64,000 nucleotides of DNA, from positions 12,290-76,289 of the IMG/VR virus record IMGVR_UViG_3300025141_014981; one strand, given 5' to 3'. Made by a program: the position numbers and the translations under genes. Positions 1-10,202 of this stretch are shown here, piece after piece (position 1 is the first letter of the stretch; the number at the start of each line of letters is the position of its first letter). Under the pieces are notes generated by a model. That model was not told the DNA's origin and did no database searches. It saw only the letters and a list, made by a program, of their open reading frames with translations. The DNA comes from a virus.

Positions 1-104
1 AACAAACCACACAGACCAATTATCATTCTTTTGCTCTTGTAATGATGTATATAATGTATTTAAATTCTTTGACGCATTGAAACACGGCGTCACAAAGATA
101 ACTT

Positions 105-2057
105 TCATGAACTTTTTTCCTTGTGACTAGCTATCCAATCATTCACAGCTTTTGGATGTGATATATCTAACTTTATTGAAGGTGTAGGTGTATCAAAATT
201 CACCTTGTTATGAAACACCCAACCACCCATTTCATGTTGAAGACGCTCTGAAAGATTGCAAATTTCATCATCAGATATCTCAGACCATGCTTTGTCAAAA
301 AACATATTATTCTCTGCAGTATCTTCAACTTCTTTGTTGAACAAGGAATTCCAATGTTTTGACCAGTAATTTTTATATGTATGAATCTTTCTATTGATAT
401 CAAACCACGAATAGTGATGAACTGCTGGAAGAATATTTATTGCACTAGCAAGCCATGCTTGATAAACTTCCAATTGCTTTGGATCTGTCAAAGCTTCTTG
501 TCTTAATTGATCTATGTCTGGTGTATAGAATGTTGCATGATTTAGTGGCTCAAACGTATCACTTCTAATATAGTCACACCCATCAGAACCTAATGAATAC
601 ACATCACCCTCTTCATCAAAACGTCTATGTTGTATAGGGATTCCATGCGTTATATGTGGTAAGTTACGACTTAAGCGCCATTTCCATGGATGTACATCTA
701 CTCTTACTTTTTCTTCTTTGCCCCAATATTCTATGACTGGTAATATCATTAATGAAATATTCTTAGGGAAATCTCTAATTAATTGTTTAATTTTATCGTA
801 GCTATCTTCATGAACTACTTCATCAACATCAGCTTGCCAACAAAAATCACCTGTACACAGTGATCTTGCTAATGCTTTTTGTTGACCATCAAATACAGCA
901 AAGCGTTTATGATCCCAATTACGAGCGAATTGTTTGACTTTTAATTTGCTATTTTGCTCTGCGAGCTCTTGTAAGCGTTCCCATGTGCCATCAGTAGAGC
1001 CACCATCTATTACTACTACTTCATCACAAAAACCTGATAGTGATTCTATACATGCTTCCCATGGATAATTTTGTTCTATACAGTTACGAGTTTGAGTATA
1101 ACCACTTATTTTTGGATTATATTCTATGATATGTTTGATACCCTTCCAAAATCTGTCTCTTGCTAGGTATAGATAACTTGTTATAAGTTGTTCATCATTA
1201 GTGTCAAACCATTCTTCATTTTTATGTTGGACATTATCATTCAATATTAATTCGCAACCTAGGAGTTTTGCTTCAATTACTAATCGAGGGCATGTATCAC
1301 CACCACGTGGTAGATATACTAATCCTTTACTTTCAGCAAGCTTGTTGAGCATTTGTTCATATTGCAATCCAGCAATCAATTCAAACTCTAAATTATTTTC
1401 TGTGCAATGCTTAATTGCGTCATCTGTTCCTTTTATCCATGATGTTGATCCTAATACAAGATATTTATCATTCTTAGTAATCACACCATCATTTATATCT
1501 GCTTTTAGCGCACTAAACTTTCTAAAGAATTGTTCATCAAATACAGATGACAATATTGTCACATTTTTGTCTTGTAAAAATGGAAATGACTCAAACCAAA
1601 TATTTGCTTGTGCTTCAGACATAAACCATAATGATTCAGCTTGATACATGAATGTTGATATCAATTTGCCAAAAAAGCTATCAGCACAATCACATTCTTT
1701 CTTTTCACTTTCAAAGTGAAGCTCTTTTAGCCTATACTTACAAAACCTATAGTCGAAATTGATAACAGAGTACTTGATATTATTTGCTACTGTTGGTAAT
1801 AAATTGAGATCGATATTTGCAATATTTGCAAATATCCAATGTAAATTCTGGAACTGCTCAAGAAGCTCCACAGTGACTTGCTTAGATCTTAGCTTTGCAA
1901 CATTTAAATTTGTTGATTGTATTAGCGCTTCTGTTGTTAATTCGGCTCCGCCGATTAGGTCTTCCACGAAGAAGTCATTAACAACGATGATATTAGTATC
2001 ATCTGGTATTAAAACTTTTGTTGGGATGTTAAATGCATTAGAATCTATAAATTTCAT
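105..2057 (-). CDS. Two-domain glycosyltransferase (GT-B-like N-terminus + GT2 C-terminus)
   Basis: GGAE near N-terminus, DTCPRLVIEAKLLGC (GT4-like); C-half has ISGY..TRN, DEVVVIDGGSTDGT and DVDE (GT2 DxD). Confidence 0.8.
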   Translation of the reverse strand: MKFIDSNAFNIPTKVLIPDDTNIIVVNDFFVEDLIGGAELTTEALIQSTNLNVAKLRSKQVTVELLEQFQNLHWIFANIANIDLNLLPTVANNIKYSVINFDYRFCKYRLKELHFESEKKECDCADSFFGKLISTFMYQAESLWFMSEAQANIWFESFPFLQDKNVTILSSVFDEQFFRKFSALKADINDGVITKNDKYLVLGSTSWIKGTDDAIKHCTENNLEFELIAGLQYEQMLNKLAESKGLVYLPRGGDTCPRLVIEAKLLGCELILNDNVQHKNEEWFDTNDEQLITSYLYLARDRFWKGIKHIIEYNPKISGYTQTRNCIEQNYPWEACIESLSGFCDEVVVIDGGSTDGTWERLQELAEQNSKLKVKQFARNWDHKRFAVFDGQQKALARSLCTGDFCWQADVDEVVHEDSYDKIKQLIRDFPKNISLMILPVIEYWGKEEKVRVDVHPWKWRLSRNLPHITHGIPIQHRRFDEEGDVYSLGSDGCDYIRSDTFEPLNHATFYTPDIDQLRQEALTDPKQLEVYQAWLASAINILPAVHHYSWFDINRKIHTYKNYWSKHWNSLFNKEVEDTAENNMFFDKAWSEISDDEICNLSERLQHEMGGWVFHNKVNFDTPTPSIKLDISHPKAVNDWIASHKEKSS

Positions 2058-2344
2058 TAGTCTATCTTGTTTGCCTTATTCTTCAAAGAAGATTTAGTGT
2101 TATCAAGATTAGATTTTAAATCACGTACTGTTGATTGTAAATCACCCTTGGGTGATTTCGAGTACCCATCTTGGTACCACCCGGAACCCTTTAATTTAAA
2201 AGATGTGCGTGATACTTGCCTTACAGATTCTTCACCTTCACAAGTGTCAGAAAAGTGTAATGGGTCAACAATTTTATTTGTTATTTTTGCATTTATTTCA
2301 AAAACTTCATTACATCTTAAACATTTATATTCATATATCGGCAT
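2057..2344 (-). CDS. FmdB-family zinc-ribbon protein
   Basis: MPIYEYKCLRC...FE and SFKLKGSGWYQDGY; start moved to MPIYEY. Confidence 0.8.
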   Translation of the reverse strand: MPIYEYKCLRCNEVFEINAKITNKIVDPLHFSDTCEGEESVRQVSRTSFKLKGSGWYQDGYSKSPKGDLQSTVRDLKSNLDNTKSSLKNKANKID

Positions 2345-2398
2345 AATAATAATCTTATTACGCAAGTAATAATATGTTAATTTTTGTATGAAATAGTT

Positions 2399-2680
2399 TT
2401 ATTCTTGTCTTGCTAGTCTAGTATAGCAGCTTTTTAGATCTTTCCACTCTTGTAAGCGTGGTGCCCGTACTGCTTTACATTTTTCTAGTGCATTTTCAAT
2501 ATACTCTAATGTATATTTTTTGCATGATACAACTTTACTATTGTCAACGCCAACTGGCATGCCAGAATATTTATATGTTGCATTATTACTAGCAAATGTG
2601 TCAAATTGATCAATAGTCAACTGTTTATCTTCATCAATAGTTGCATTTGTGAAGTCTAAGTGTTTTGTTTTATATGGCAT
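2399..2680 (-). CDS. Hypothetical protein coupled to the tail-fibre gene
   Basis: 93-aa ORF whose start overlaps the upstream stop codon. Confidence 0.5.
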   Translation of the reverse strand: MPYKTKHLDFTNATIDEDKQLTIDQFDTFASNNATYKYSGMPVGVDNSKVVSCKKYTLEYIENALEKCKAVRAPRLQEWKDLKSCYTRLARQE

Positions 2681-5600
2681 TATTTGTCATCCGTTAATTT
2701 TTTAACTAGATCCTTAAGCTCTTGAATCTCAGTGTATTGTTGTTTATAACCCTCAACAAGCAAAGGAACAAACTTCCAATATGCTAAGCGGTTAAATCCT
2801 GTTTCATGGTCCTTCCATGTCATGTTTATATCTTCAAATGCTTTGACAGACTCATGTGTAAACCCAAATGATAGACCAGTTTCTTTTTTCTTTAACTCAT
2901 TTGCTGTTTCGTTCCACTCGAACATTTGTGACTCTAGTGATCGTAGCTTATCTAGATAACTATTGCTTATTAGTTTTGCATTAGATTCAAGTTGTTGATC
3001 AAAGAAGTCTTTGTGAGGTTTATTGTGTACAAGATAATTGTTTGCATAGTAAGTGTTGTTACCATCAAGCATAAAATTATATAGCATTTGATTACTTGCT
3101 TGCTTTGATTTTAGTGTAGTTATTTTAACTGTATTTTCTATCATGATAAGTGTATCACCTTTACTTAGCTCAGTAACACATAGTTCATTATATAATCCTT
3201 TATTTTCATGTTTTAATGCTTCGGGTACTATAGACTTCCAACCACCTGTTGTCATAAATGGATGTTCTGCGGTTACAAAATAATTGCAATCATTAATTGC
3301 GTATAATAATCTATTACCTAACATTGGCCTATCATACGCTAATACAGTATTTATTGATCGATCTTGTCCGATCACTTTATCACCAATCTTTATGTCTTCA
3401 ATACTCCTTACTGATCCATCAAACATTATAACTTTAGTTCCAGCTACAAAACAGCTCGGCATGGCGTCGTCGCCCGGAATAGACAGCTGAACTGAGCCTA
3501 TTTGATGATTCCCTTCTAAATTTGCATCTTTGATAACAAATTCAAGAACACCAGCAGTGCCACCTGAGCTTGCAGATGTAAAGTACATGTGAACTTCATC
3601 ATTGTTCATGTTATCGTATGCAACATGTGAACCTGACCGAGGGAGTCCAAAGACTGTTGAGCCAGTTGCATGTAATTGAGCCTGTGGTGTAGCTGTACCG
3701 ATACCAACACGATTGACATCAGCATCTAGACGCATCATCTCAGTTAATGTTCCACCTTTGTTAGCTGTGAAATATATGTCACTATCACTTGAATCATTTC
3801 TTAGTTCTAAGTTACCTGCATCAACACTAAGAGACCCACTGCTACTATCACAACCAAGATATATACGATCACCATCAGTTGCTTGAATAACTAAGTGTGG
3901 CCTAGATGTACCTGAAATAACAATATCACCTGTGGCAACTTCTATCAACCCGTCGGCAGTGTCATGATGTAAGCCCATCCATTGTGTATTGTCTGTATCT
4001 GGATTAGTTATTGAATGAATAAACAATGTTGTGTGGTCTTGTAGTGCATGATCAAAATCTGAACTGACACTGCCATTATCACCAATTACCAGTTGGCGAC
4101 CAAACCCACTACCAATTGTCCATACTAGTTGATCTGTGTCATTTTCACCTTGAATAAAAGCGCCGTCGGCCCCACCGGCGCGCATACGAATGGTTGCGTC
4201 ACTGCCAGCAGCAGGATCTAATTCTAGTTGTGCTCGACCGGTGCCTGATAATGCGTTACCGATTGTTACTAGACCATTAGCAGGAAGCAACTCAATTGCG
4301 CCTAGGCCAGTCTCTACTAATGCTTGACTGGTATCATGATGCATCGATACCCATTGCGTATTATTTGTATCAGGGTCAGTTACCGAGTGGATGAATAGTG
4401 TAGGGTGATCAGCTTGTGCATGATCATAATCTTTTGCTCTACTGTCGAAGTCACCAAGAACAATAGCGCGCCCGGCGCCGTACGCCCCGTACGGCGCCGG
4501 GAGGCCGCGAGGTGCAAATAGTATTTGTGCAAATGTATTATTTGAAGTTATATCAAACATGTTGTTGCCACCTGCTATAAATCTAATGTCTGGGTGTCTA
4601 GACACACCACCATTGAACGAAATATAGTTCAGACCGTCAGTGTCATGAAGTTGTATGGGTTGACTCGCTTCGGCCGTGCTAAGTATTAGCTTGCCGGCGC
4701 TGCTAGTTAGATTTGCACTTGATCCATCATGCCAAAGTGCTACTCCATCACCGTCAGTAGCTTGGACTATTAGACCAGCATTATTTGTACCAGAAATTAT
4801 TAGGTCACCACTACCAACAGAGATTACGCCATGTGTTTTATCATGCATTAACTTGAGTGTGCCAGTGGTACCGGCAACTATGTCATTGATTAACAATGTT
4901 CCAGAAACAGAAAGAACAGTTGTGTGTGTATCTGACCCAACAAGTTGTATTGGTTGTCCATCAACGGTAACTACTGCACCAAGCCCAGTACCACTATTGT
5001 CATATGCATCATCTAATGAACTAGCGCCACCACCACCACCACCCGTAGATGCGATCATAACTGATCCATCCGAGGCGGATGTTATTGTAATATTCGATCC
5101 CTCACGAAGATAAGACGTACCATCCACTAATTTTGTAAGTGAGCCTGAGAAAGCAGGAGAAGTTATTATGGTCGTCGATCCTATAGAACCAGTTACCCCA
5201 ACATTACCTGAAAACTGAGACCCTGTGAGGGTCGCAACAACAGAATTATCGATAGCAACTGTAAACGCTGCCCCTGCTCCGGAATCAGTAGTAGAAATTC
5301 CAGTTCCGTCTGTCCAAACTCTTTCTGCGCTTAATGAGCCCGTCGCAGTAAGTACAAGATACTGCGCGTTTGCATCTCCAGATCCACCGCCACTAGTTGC
5401 TAAATCACTAAGTGATACAGTGCCAGCATTTGCATCATAAAATGTTAAATCATTTGAGCTACTTAATGTAATTAACCCAACTGAAGAACCGCTATTAAAT
5501 TGTATATCTGCAGATGTTATCTTGGTTGAACCAGAACCAACAGTCAAGGTTCCTGAAACGACTGTATCACCTTCGAAGACTGATACACCTTGTGATGAGG

Positions 5601-7944
5601 CACCACCAGTTGAACCAGAAATATGCACAGTTACATCAGAGCCTATTGTAGCTGTTGTTACACCACCACCTATGTATACACCATTTGTTGCTGAGAGATG
5701 AATGTTTGTCGCTGCAATATTCAATTCACCAGAAACTGAGGCACTCATTGCAACAGTTGAGTCTTCAAAAGCTAACGTTCCAGTTATAGCTTGAACTATA
5801 GTTGCTGGTAAAGCTCCTTGGAATTGCACTGGCTGATCATCAACTGTTACTACTGCGCCAACACCTACTCCACCAGTATCATATGCTGTATCTAAATTAC
5901 CTCCAGCACCATGAACTGTACCAGATAAATAAATATTTGTAGCTACTATGTTTAACTCACCAGGTGATGATGCACTCATTGCTGCGGTGCTATCTCTAAA
6001 TTCTAATGAACCACTATCAGAAACCCTTATTGAGCCACTTGCGCTAATTACTAATCTTTGATGTGGTGCAGAGCCAGAAACCGTGGATTCCTTGGTATAT
6101 ATCTCAAGCTCACCTTGACCTTGACCACCTGTATCTTTAAAGATTAAAGCAGTTCCGACATTCTTGGTACTACCCATTGCCAATCCAGTTCCGGCGCCTG
6201 TGGCCGCCCCACCTTCAATATACATATGATATTCTTGTGCATCGGCTATATTATCAAATGGGTCGGTTGTTGTATTCTTTATAGACAATATTGCATTTGG
6301 CTCAACAGTGTTAATACCAACTTTATGCTCACGTGTAATTGATAATACACTTGCACCGCCTTCACTTTCGCCTAGGCTTGATGTTGTAGCTATAATGAAT
6401 TTATCTCGAGTAGAATTGTCTATGCCTATAGCATATGCAATATCATCATTTGATATTCTAAATTCTATTGCACAATCACCACCTGAGTTTGCTTGGTCTA
6501 ATTTAATCAATGCCTTTGTATCATTAGCACTTTTAACTACTTCAAGCGGGTGACTTCCGGTAAATGATGGAGTGCCTACTTTCAAATTTTGTGTAAATTC
6601 AACTTTACCAGTCGCCTTAAGGACATTAAGTCCAGCACCGGTTATTTGAACAGGACCTGAATCAGCAGTTATTGTCGCACCAGCCCCCGCACCACCTTGG
6701 TCATATGCTTTATCAAGTGTATTAAAATCTGCATGTACTGTACCAGAAAGGTAGATATTAGTAGCAACTATGTTTAACTCACCGGTTGCTGAAGAGCTTA
6801 TTGCCGTTGAAGAATCTCTAAGTTCGACTGAACCACTATCTAAGAATCTTGTAGAACCACTTGCTGTTATTATTACTTTTTCATCTATTGGACCACTTAA
6901 ACCTGCGTGTTCTTTAGTTGAAAAAATTAATTCGGCAACATTAAAGTGGGCAATATATTTTGATGTTACAGTTGCTTGTGGTCGAGCAGCACTACCAATT
7001 GCCATACCTGTTTTACTACCTACTGTGACTGAAGGACCCTGTATGCCTAAATGATAGTTGCTTAATGATGCAGCTTCATCAGCACTGGAAATATCTTTTC
7101 CTGTATCTGTGATTAAAAGCTTAGGGTTTGTAGTATTGAAGGCACCCTGAGTACCAATTATCACATCACCACTTTGACTAATTGCTAATGCAATGTTGCT
7201 AATATTTAATGTGCCTGTTGTTGTTATTAGTAATGCATCATCACCTACGCTATTATCTATGCCTATAGCATATTCTTGACCACCTGATAAGGCGAAACGC
7301 ACATAGGCATCACCACTACTACCTTGTTCAAGTTTTAGTAGTGGTTCATTTATTTCACTTGTATTTCCAAATATGTGCACTTTAGATGCATCATCTGCTT
7401 GTCGTGGGAAGTCATGGTCATCACTAACTTGTAATTCATGAATTGAACCGGTTATGTATATACTGCTTGCAGATATGTGTAATTTTCCTGGGGCAGAAGC
7501 GCTTATTCCAGCCGTTGTATCCCAAAAGTTTATAGAAGATGACACTGACATATCTAATGAGCCAGTAGCTATGACAAGAGTGCCTGAAATAGCCATAGCT
7601 TCATTGACTGTTGTTGCAATTAATTGAACAGGTTGTCCATCAACCGTTATAATAGCACCGGCTGAAGCGCCGGCTTCATCGTAAGCTTCATCTAATGAAA
7701 CACCAAACACACTACCTGCATGGACAGTTCCAGAAAGATAGATATTAGTAGCAACTATATTTAATTCACCAGGGTTTGAAGCACTTATTGCAGCACCAGT
7801 ATCGTGAAAATCAATAGATGATGTTGTGTTAAGCCCTAATGATGCGGAAACTTTTATTAAAGCCTCACGCTCACCTGCCCCACCATGGGAACCGGTAGTT
7901 GTTAAATCATTTACTTGTATTCTATCTGCTTTAAATAATGGCAT
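2680..7944 (-). CDS. Large tail fibre/virion adhesin with C-terminal Hint domain and S74-like chaperone
   Basis: G/S/T-rich repeats (GELNIVATNIYLSGTVH; LDxAYDxxGxGAxxTVDGQP), VGIGTxxP motifs, Hint motifs, C-terminal LAYWKFVPLLVEGYKQQ coiled coil. Confidence 0.75.
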   Translation of the reverse strand: MPLFKADRIQVNDLTTTGSHGGAGEREALIKVSASLGLNTTSSIDFHDTGAAISASNPGELNIVATNIYLSGTVHAGSVFGVSLDEAYDEAGASAGAIITVDGQPVQLIATTVNEAMAISGTLVIATGSLDMSVSSSINFWDTTAGISASAPGKLHISASSIYITGSIHELQVSDDHDFPRQADDASKVHIFGNTSEINEPLLKLEQGSSGDAYVRFALSGGQEYAIGIDNSVGDDALLITTTGTLNISNIALAISQSGDVIIGTQGAFNTTNPKLLITDTGKDISSADEAASLSNYHLGIQGPSVTVGSKTGMAIGSAARPQATVTSKYIAHFNVAELIFSTKEHAGLSGPIDEKVIITASGSTRFLDSGSVELRDSSTAISSSATGELNIVATNIYLSGTVHADFNTLDKAYDQGGAGAGATITADSGPVQITGAGLNVLKATGKVEFTQNLKVGTPSFTGSHPLEVVKSANDTKALIKLDQANSGGDCAIEFRISNDDIAYAIGIDNSTRDKFIIATTSSLGESEGGASVLSITREHKVGINTVEPNAILSIKNTTTDPFDNIADAQEYHMYIEGGAATGAGTGLAMGSTKNVGTALIFKDTGGQGQGELEIYTKESTVSGSAPHQRLVISASGSIRVSDSGSLEFRDSTAAMSASSPGELNIVATNIYLSGTVHGAGGNLDTAYDTGGVGVGAVVTVDDQPVQFQGALPATIVQAITGTLAFEDSTVAMSASVSGELNIAATNIHLSATNGVYIGGGVTTATIGSDVTVHISGSTGGASSQGVSVFEGDTVVSGTLTVGSGSTKITSADIQFNSGSSVGLITLSSSNDLTFYDANAGTVSLSDLATSGGGSGDANAQYLVLTATGSLSAERVWTDGTGISTTDSGAGAAFTVAIDNSVVATLTGSQFSGNVGVTGSIGSTTIITSPAFSGSLTKLVDGTSYLREGSNITITSASDGSVMIASTGGGGGGASSLDDAYDNSGTGLGAVVTVDGQPIQLVGSDTHTTVLSVSGTLLINDIVAGTTGTLKLMHDKTHGVISVGSGDLIISGTNNAGLIVQATDGDGVALWHDGSSANLTSSAGKLILSTAEASQPIQLHDTDGLNYISFNGGVSRHPDIRFIAGGNNMFDITSNNTFAQILFAPRGLPAPYGAYGAGRAIVLGDFDSRAKDYDHAQADHPTLFIHSVTDPDTNNTQWVSMHHDTSQALVETGLGAIELLPANGLVTIGNALSGTGRAQLELDPAAGSDATIRMRAGGADGAFIQGENDTDQLVWTIGSGFGRQLVIGDNGSVSSDFDHALQDHTTLFIHSITNPDTDNTQWMGLHHDTADGLIEVATGDIVISGTSRPHLVIQATDGDRIYLGCDSSSGSLSVDAGNLELRNDSSDSDIYFTANKGGTLTEMMRLDADVNRVGIGTATPQAQLHATGSTVFGLPRSGSHVAYDNMNNDEVHMYFTSASSGGTAGVLEFVIKDANLEGNHQIGSVQLSIPGDDAMPSCFVAGTKVIMFDGSVRSIEDIKIGDKVIGQDRSINTVLAYDRPMLGNRLLYAINDCNYFVTAEHPFMTTGGWKSIVPEALKHENKGLYNELCVTELSKGDTLIMIENTVKITTLKSKQASNQMLYNFMLDGNNTYYANNYLVHNKPHKDFFDQQLESNAKLISNSYLDKLRSLESQMFEWNETANELKKKETGLSFGFTHESVKAFEDINMTWKDHETGFNRLAYWKFVPLLVEGYKQQYTEIQELKDLVKKLTDDK
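3022..3453 (-). other. Hint (intein-like/BIL) domain within the tail-fibre gene
   Basis: CFVAGTKV start, VTAEHPF (TxxH), LYNFMLDGNNTYYANNYLVHN end; +1 residue is Lys; no endonuclease domain. Confidence 0.9.
4471..4501. repeat. 14-bp perfect GC-rich inverted repeat inside the tail-fibre gene
   Basis: CCCGGCGCCGTACG-CCC-CGTACGGCGCCGGG. Confidence 0.9.
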
Positions 7945-7978
7945 TGTTTTATATAGGTATTAATTTCGCTATAATTAA

Positions 7979-8602
7979 TTATAACTTTCTAATCATTAAT
8001 GCTGTCCAATATGCTGTTCCTGTAAATACTTCTGAAGCATTTAATGTAAATCCGCCGGGATCAACATCAGTTATATAAAGATTGACATTTTCTGATGCGC
8101 TGATTAATATCGTTGGTGACAAGCCATATACTTTATTTAACGTATTAAATTCACTGACTTTATTGAATGTCACGGTCGCTTTATTGCTTGACAACATTGT
8201 CACTGTTCCTGTATCAACAAGCATTGCAACTTCTCTACCACCAACACCATCTAAGTCTGTTTTATTAAGTGCTATCCAATATACATTTCCAGTAAATACA
8301 TCTGATGTATGTAATGTCACTGTGGTAGTAGTTGGTGCAGATACGGACATATTGATATTGTCATCTGGAATTGCAATCACAGTTGGGGCTTCTGAGAATG
8401 TTATATCAAAAGTTATAGCTTGATTATTACTTGTAGCAAAAGCCTGTATGCCGAAATCAACTTCTAATATATCCGAGATGATAAATGAAGTTGCGACAAC
8501 TTTTTCTATTACTTTCTTTTCTAAGCCAACTTTTGTAGCAGAGTTTGCTTTAAGATATGCATAACGCACTCTATTTTTATCTAATGAAAAAGCGCTTGGC
8601 AC
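7979..8602 (-). CDS. Putative tail-associated beta-rich protein with duplicated domain
   Basis: Two copies of ITF..F..PT.....N......GFTL.....FTG..YW.AL; adjacent to the fibre gene. Confidence 0.45.
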   Translation of the reverse strand: MPSAFSLDKNRVRYAYLKANSATKVGLEKKVIEKVVATSFIISDILEVDFGIQAFATSNNQAITFDITFSEAPTVIAIPDDNINMSVSAPTTTTVTLHTSDVFTGNVYWIALNKTDLDGVGGREVAMLVDTGTVTMLSSNKATVTFNKVSEFNTLNKVYGLSPTILISASENVNLYITDVDPGGFTLNASEVFTGTAYWTALMIRKL

Positions 8603-8603
8603 T

Positions 8604-8993
8604 TTAAAGCACCACCAATGCTAGTGCACCAAAGCTACCAACTTCAACATTTGACTGTGCAACCGTCACACTGCCAGTTGTAACTGCAGATACAAATAGA
8701 TTTCCGAGTTGAGGGAGTGAACCAGATGTATCTATGACAAAGACATTTGGGGCTCCCTTGCTGGCATCTTTAAAAATATCAGCAAAGCTTATATCACTAG
8801 TTTCTTTTGCAGTTTGGTCACCGGAGCCGGCATTAAGCTCAAATTGATATTCAGGACTTTCTACAAATTCAATCTTATCACTTAATGCAACGGTCTGTGC
8901 CGGTACTGTCTTAACTTCAGACTTAGATGTGTCATGCCCATTAAATGGGTATACTATCTTAAGTCGACTTCTTGTATAGTTGATTGCTCCCAC
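8604..8993 (-). CDS. Hypothetical, probably tail-associated protein
   Basis: 129-aa ORF tightly packed in the same run. Confidence 0.4.
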   Translation of the reverse strand: MGAINYTRSRLKIVYPFNGHDTSKSEVKTVPAQTVALSDKIEFVESPEYQFELNAGSGDQTAKETSDISFADIFKDASKGAPNVFVIDTSGSLPQLGNLFVSAVTTGSVTVAQSNVEVGSFGALALVVL

Positions 8994-8996
8994 AAA

Positions 8997-9677
8997 TTAA
9001 AGCCCTTCAACATCTTTGCCCAACCTATACCCTAGTTCACGTGTTGCGGTCTTTAAGTTAAACATCAGCTTTCCGTATTCTGGACGTGATGTATAGTCAG
9101 CTGGGAACTGTGCCATTAATCTTTCAACAGCATTTAAATGATCTGTCATTTGCTTATGTAAGAAGTCGACTTCAATGTTCTTCTCATCACGTGTTTCGTA
9201 ATACATTCTAGCAAATTTGACAATATTGTTCTGCCATTCTGGATCTATTGCTAATTCTTCTGGAGATTTTTGTTTATATTCTGCACTTAAATCAGGATGA
9301 CCGGCTACTTCTGTTGCTATTTTGATGAAAACATTATGAAGCTCATCAGCAGTTTCTTTCGCACCACCACTTTTATCTAAGTCGCTAATTTGTTTTAAAT
9401 TGAGCTCTTTTGCAGCTGCTTCAGCTTTTGCTAGTTCTTGTGGAGTAGGCTCTTGACCAACTTGTCGCTTAAGCATAGGCAATGTAATTGCTTGCATTCT
9501 ACGACTTACTGTCGCTATTGACCCGCCAAACTCTTCAACGAACTGCCGTACAGTCCTACCACCGAGAAGATGTCGTGCTAAGTCACGCTTTGTATACTTC
9601 TTCTCTTCAGCTTCATCAATGATTCTATTGACTTCTTCTGTGACAATTGTTTTAAGCTCGGTTAATGATATATCCAT
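8997..9677 (-). CDS. Hypothetical protein with N-terminal LKxIVxEE leader
   Basis: 226-aa ORF, GGAG SD upstream. Confidence 0.55.
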   Translation of the reverse strand: MDISLTELKTIVTEEVNRIIDEAEEKKYTKRDLARHLLGGRTVRQFVEEFGGSIATVSRRMQAITLPMLKRQVGQEPTPQELAKAEAAAKELNLKQISDLDKSGGAKETADELHNVFIKIATEVAGHPDLSAEYKQKSPEELAIDPEWQNNIVKFARMYYETRDEKNIEVDFLHKQMTDHLNAVERLMAQFPADYTSRPEYGKLMFNLKTATRELGYRLGKDVEGL

Positions 9678-9743
9678 GTTATATTACTCCAGATTGTGAA
9701 CTCTCTAGAAGTAAATATTCTATGAAATATGAAAATGAACTGT

Positions 9744-9977
9744 TTATATACTAGCTGTTTTTAATTTATTTTTAATTTTTGCAACAGCATTGTGTTGTAT
9801 TTGACATATACGCATCTTGGTCAAATTATACATCGATGCTATTTCTTCAAAAGTTTTTGGTGATGTCGCCGACGCTATTATGGCACAATTAAGATCACAA
9901 TTTGAATTGACCCAATATCTACATGACTTTTTGTCACAAGCAACATCATACTCTTGATACGCTTGAAAGCATTTCAT
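9744..9977 (-). CDS. Stand-alone sigma70 region-4 HTH protein with Cys-rich N-terminus
   Basis: TFEEIASMYNLTKMRICQIQHNAVAKIK matches the TLEEIG..TRERIRQIE.KAL.KL pattern. Confidence 0.7.
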   Translation of the reverse strand: MKCFQAYQEYDVACDKKSCRYWVNSNCDLNCAIIASATSPKTFEEIASMYNLTKMRICQIQHNAVAKIKNKLKTASI

Positions 9978-10159
9978 TATTTTTCTATCGTAAGGGTTTC
10001 TGTTCTACAATCTTTTGCTAATTCACGCAATTGCATAAGCCCTTTTCGTAATCTTAAACCGGCAGATTTGTTACCTTTTACATATGTTTTCGTTGCATCA
10101 ACTTTAAGCTCATTAACCAATTCAACAATTAATTCCCACTTGGTACGCTCTTCATTCAT
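9977..10159 (-). CDS. Histone H1-like Hc1-domain nucleoid protein
   Basis: KGNKSAGLRLRKGL..L..LAK..R motif. Confidence 0.7.
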   Translation of the reverse strand: MNEERTKWELIVELVNELKVDATKTYVKGNKSAGLRLRKGLMQLRELAKDCRTETLTIEK

Positions 10160-10202
10160 ATTTTATGCTCCTTCGCATAATAATAATATTCTATAATCAT
10201 TA

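Noticed and set aside
3022-3453. Canonical splicing intein / mobile element
   Set aside because: +1 residue is Lys and there is no homing endonuclease domain; better read as a cleaving Hint domain
2680-7944. Diversity-generating retroelement target
   Set aside because: No reverse transcriptase and no adenine-specific TR/VR repeat pair visible in the window
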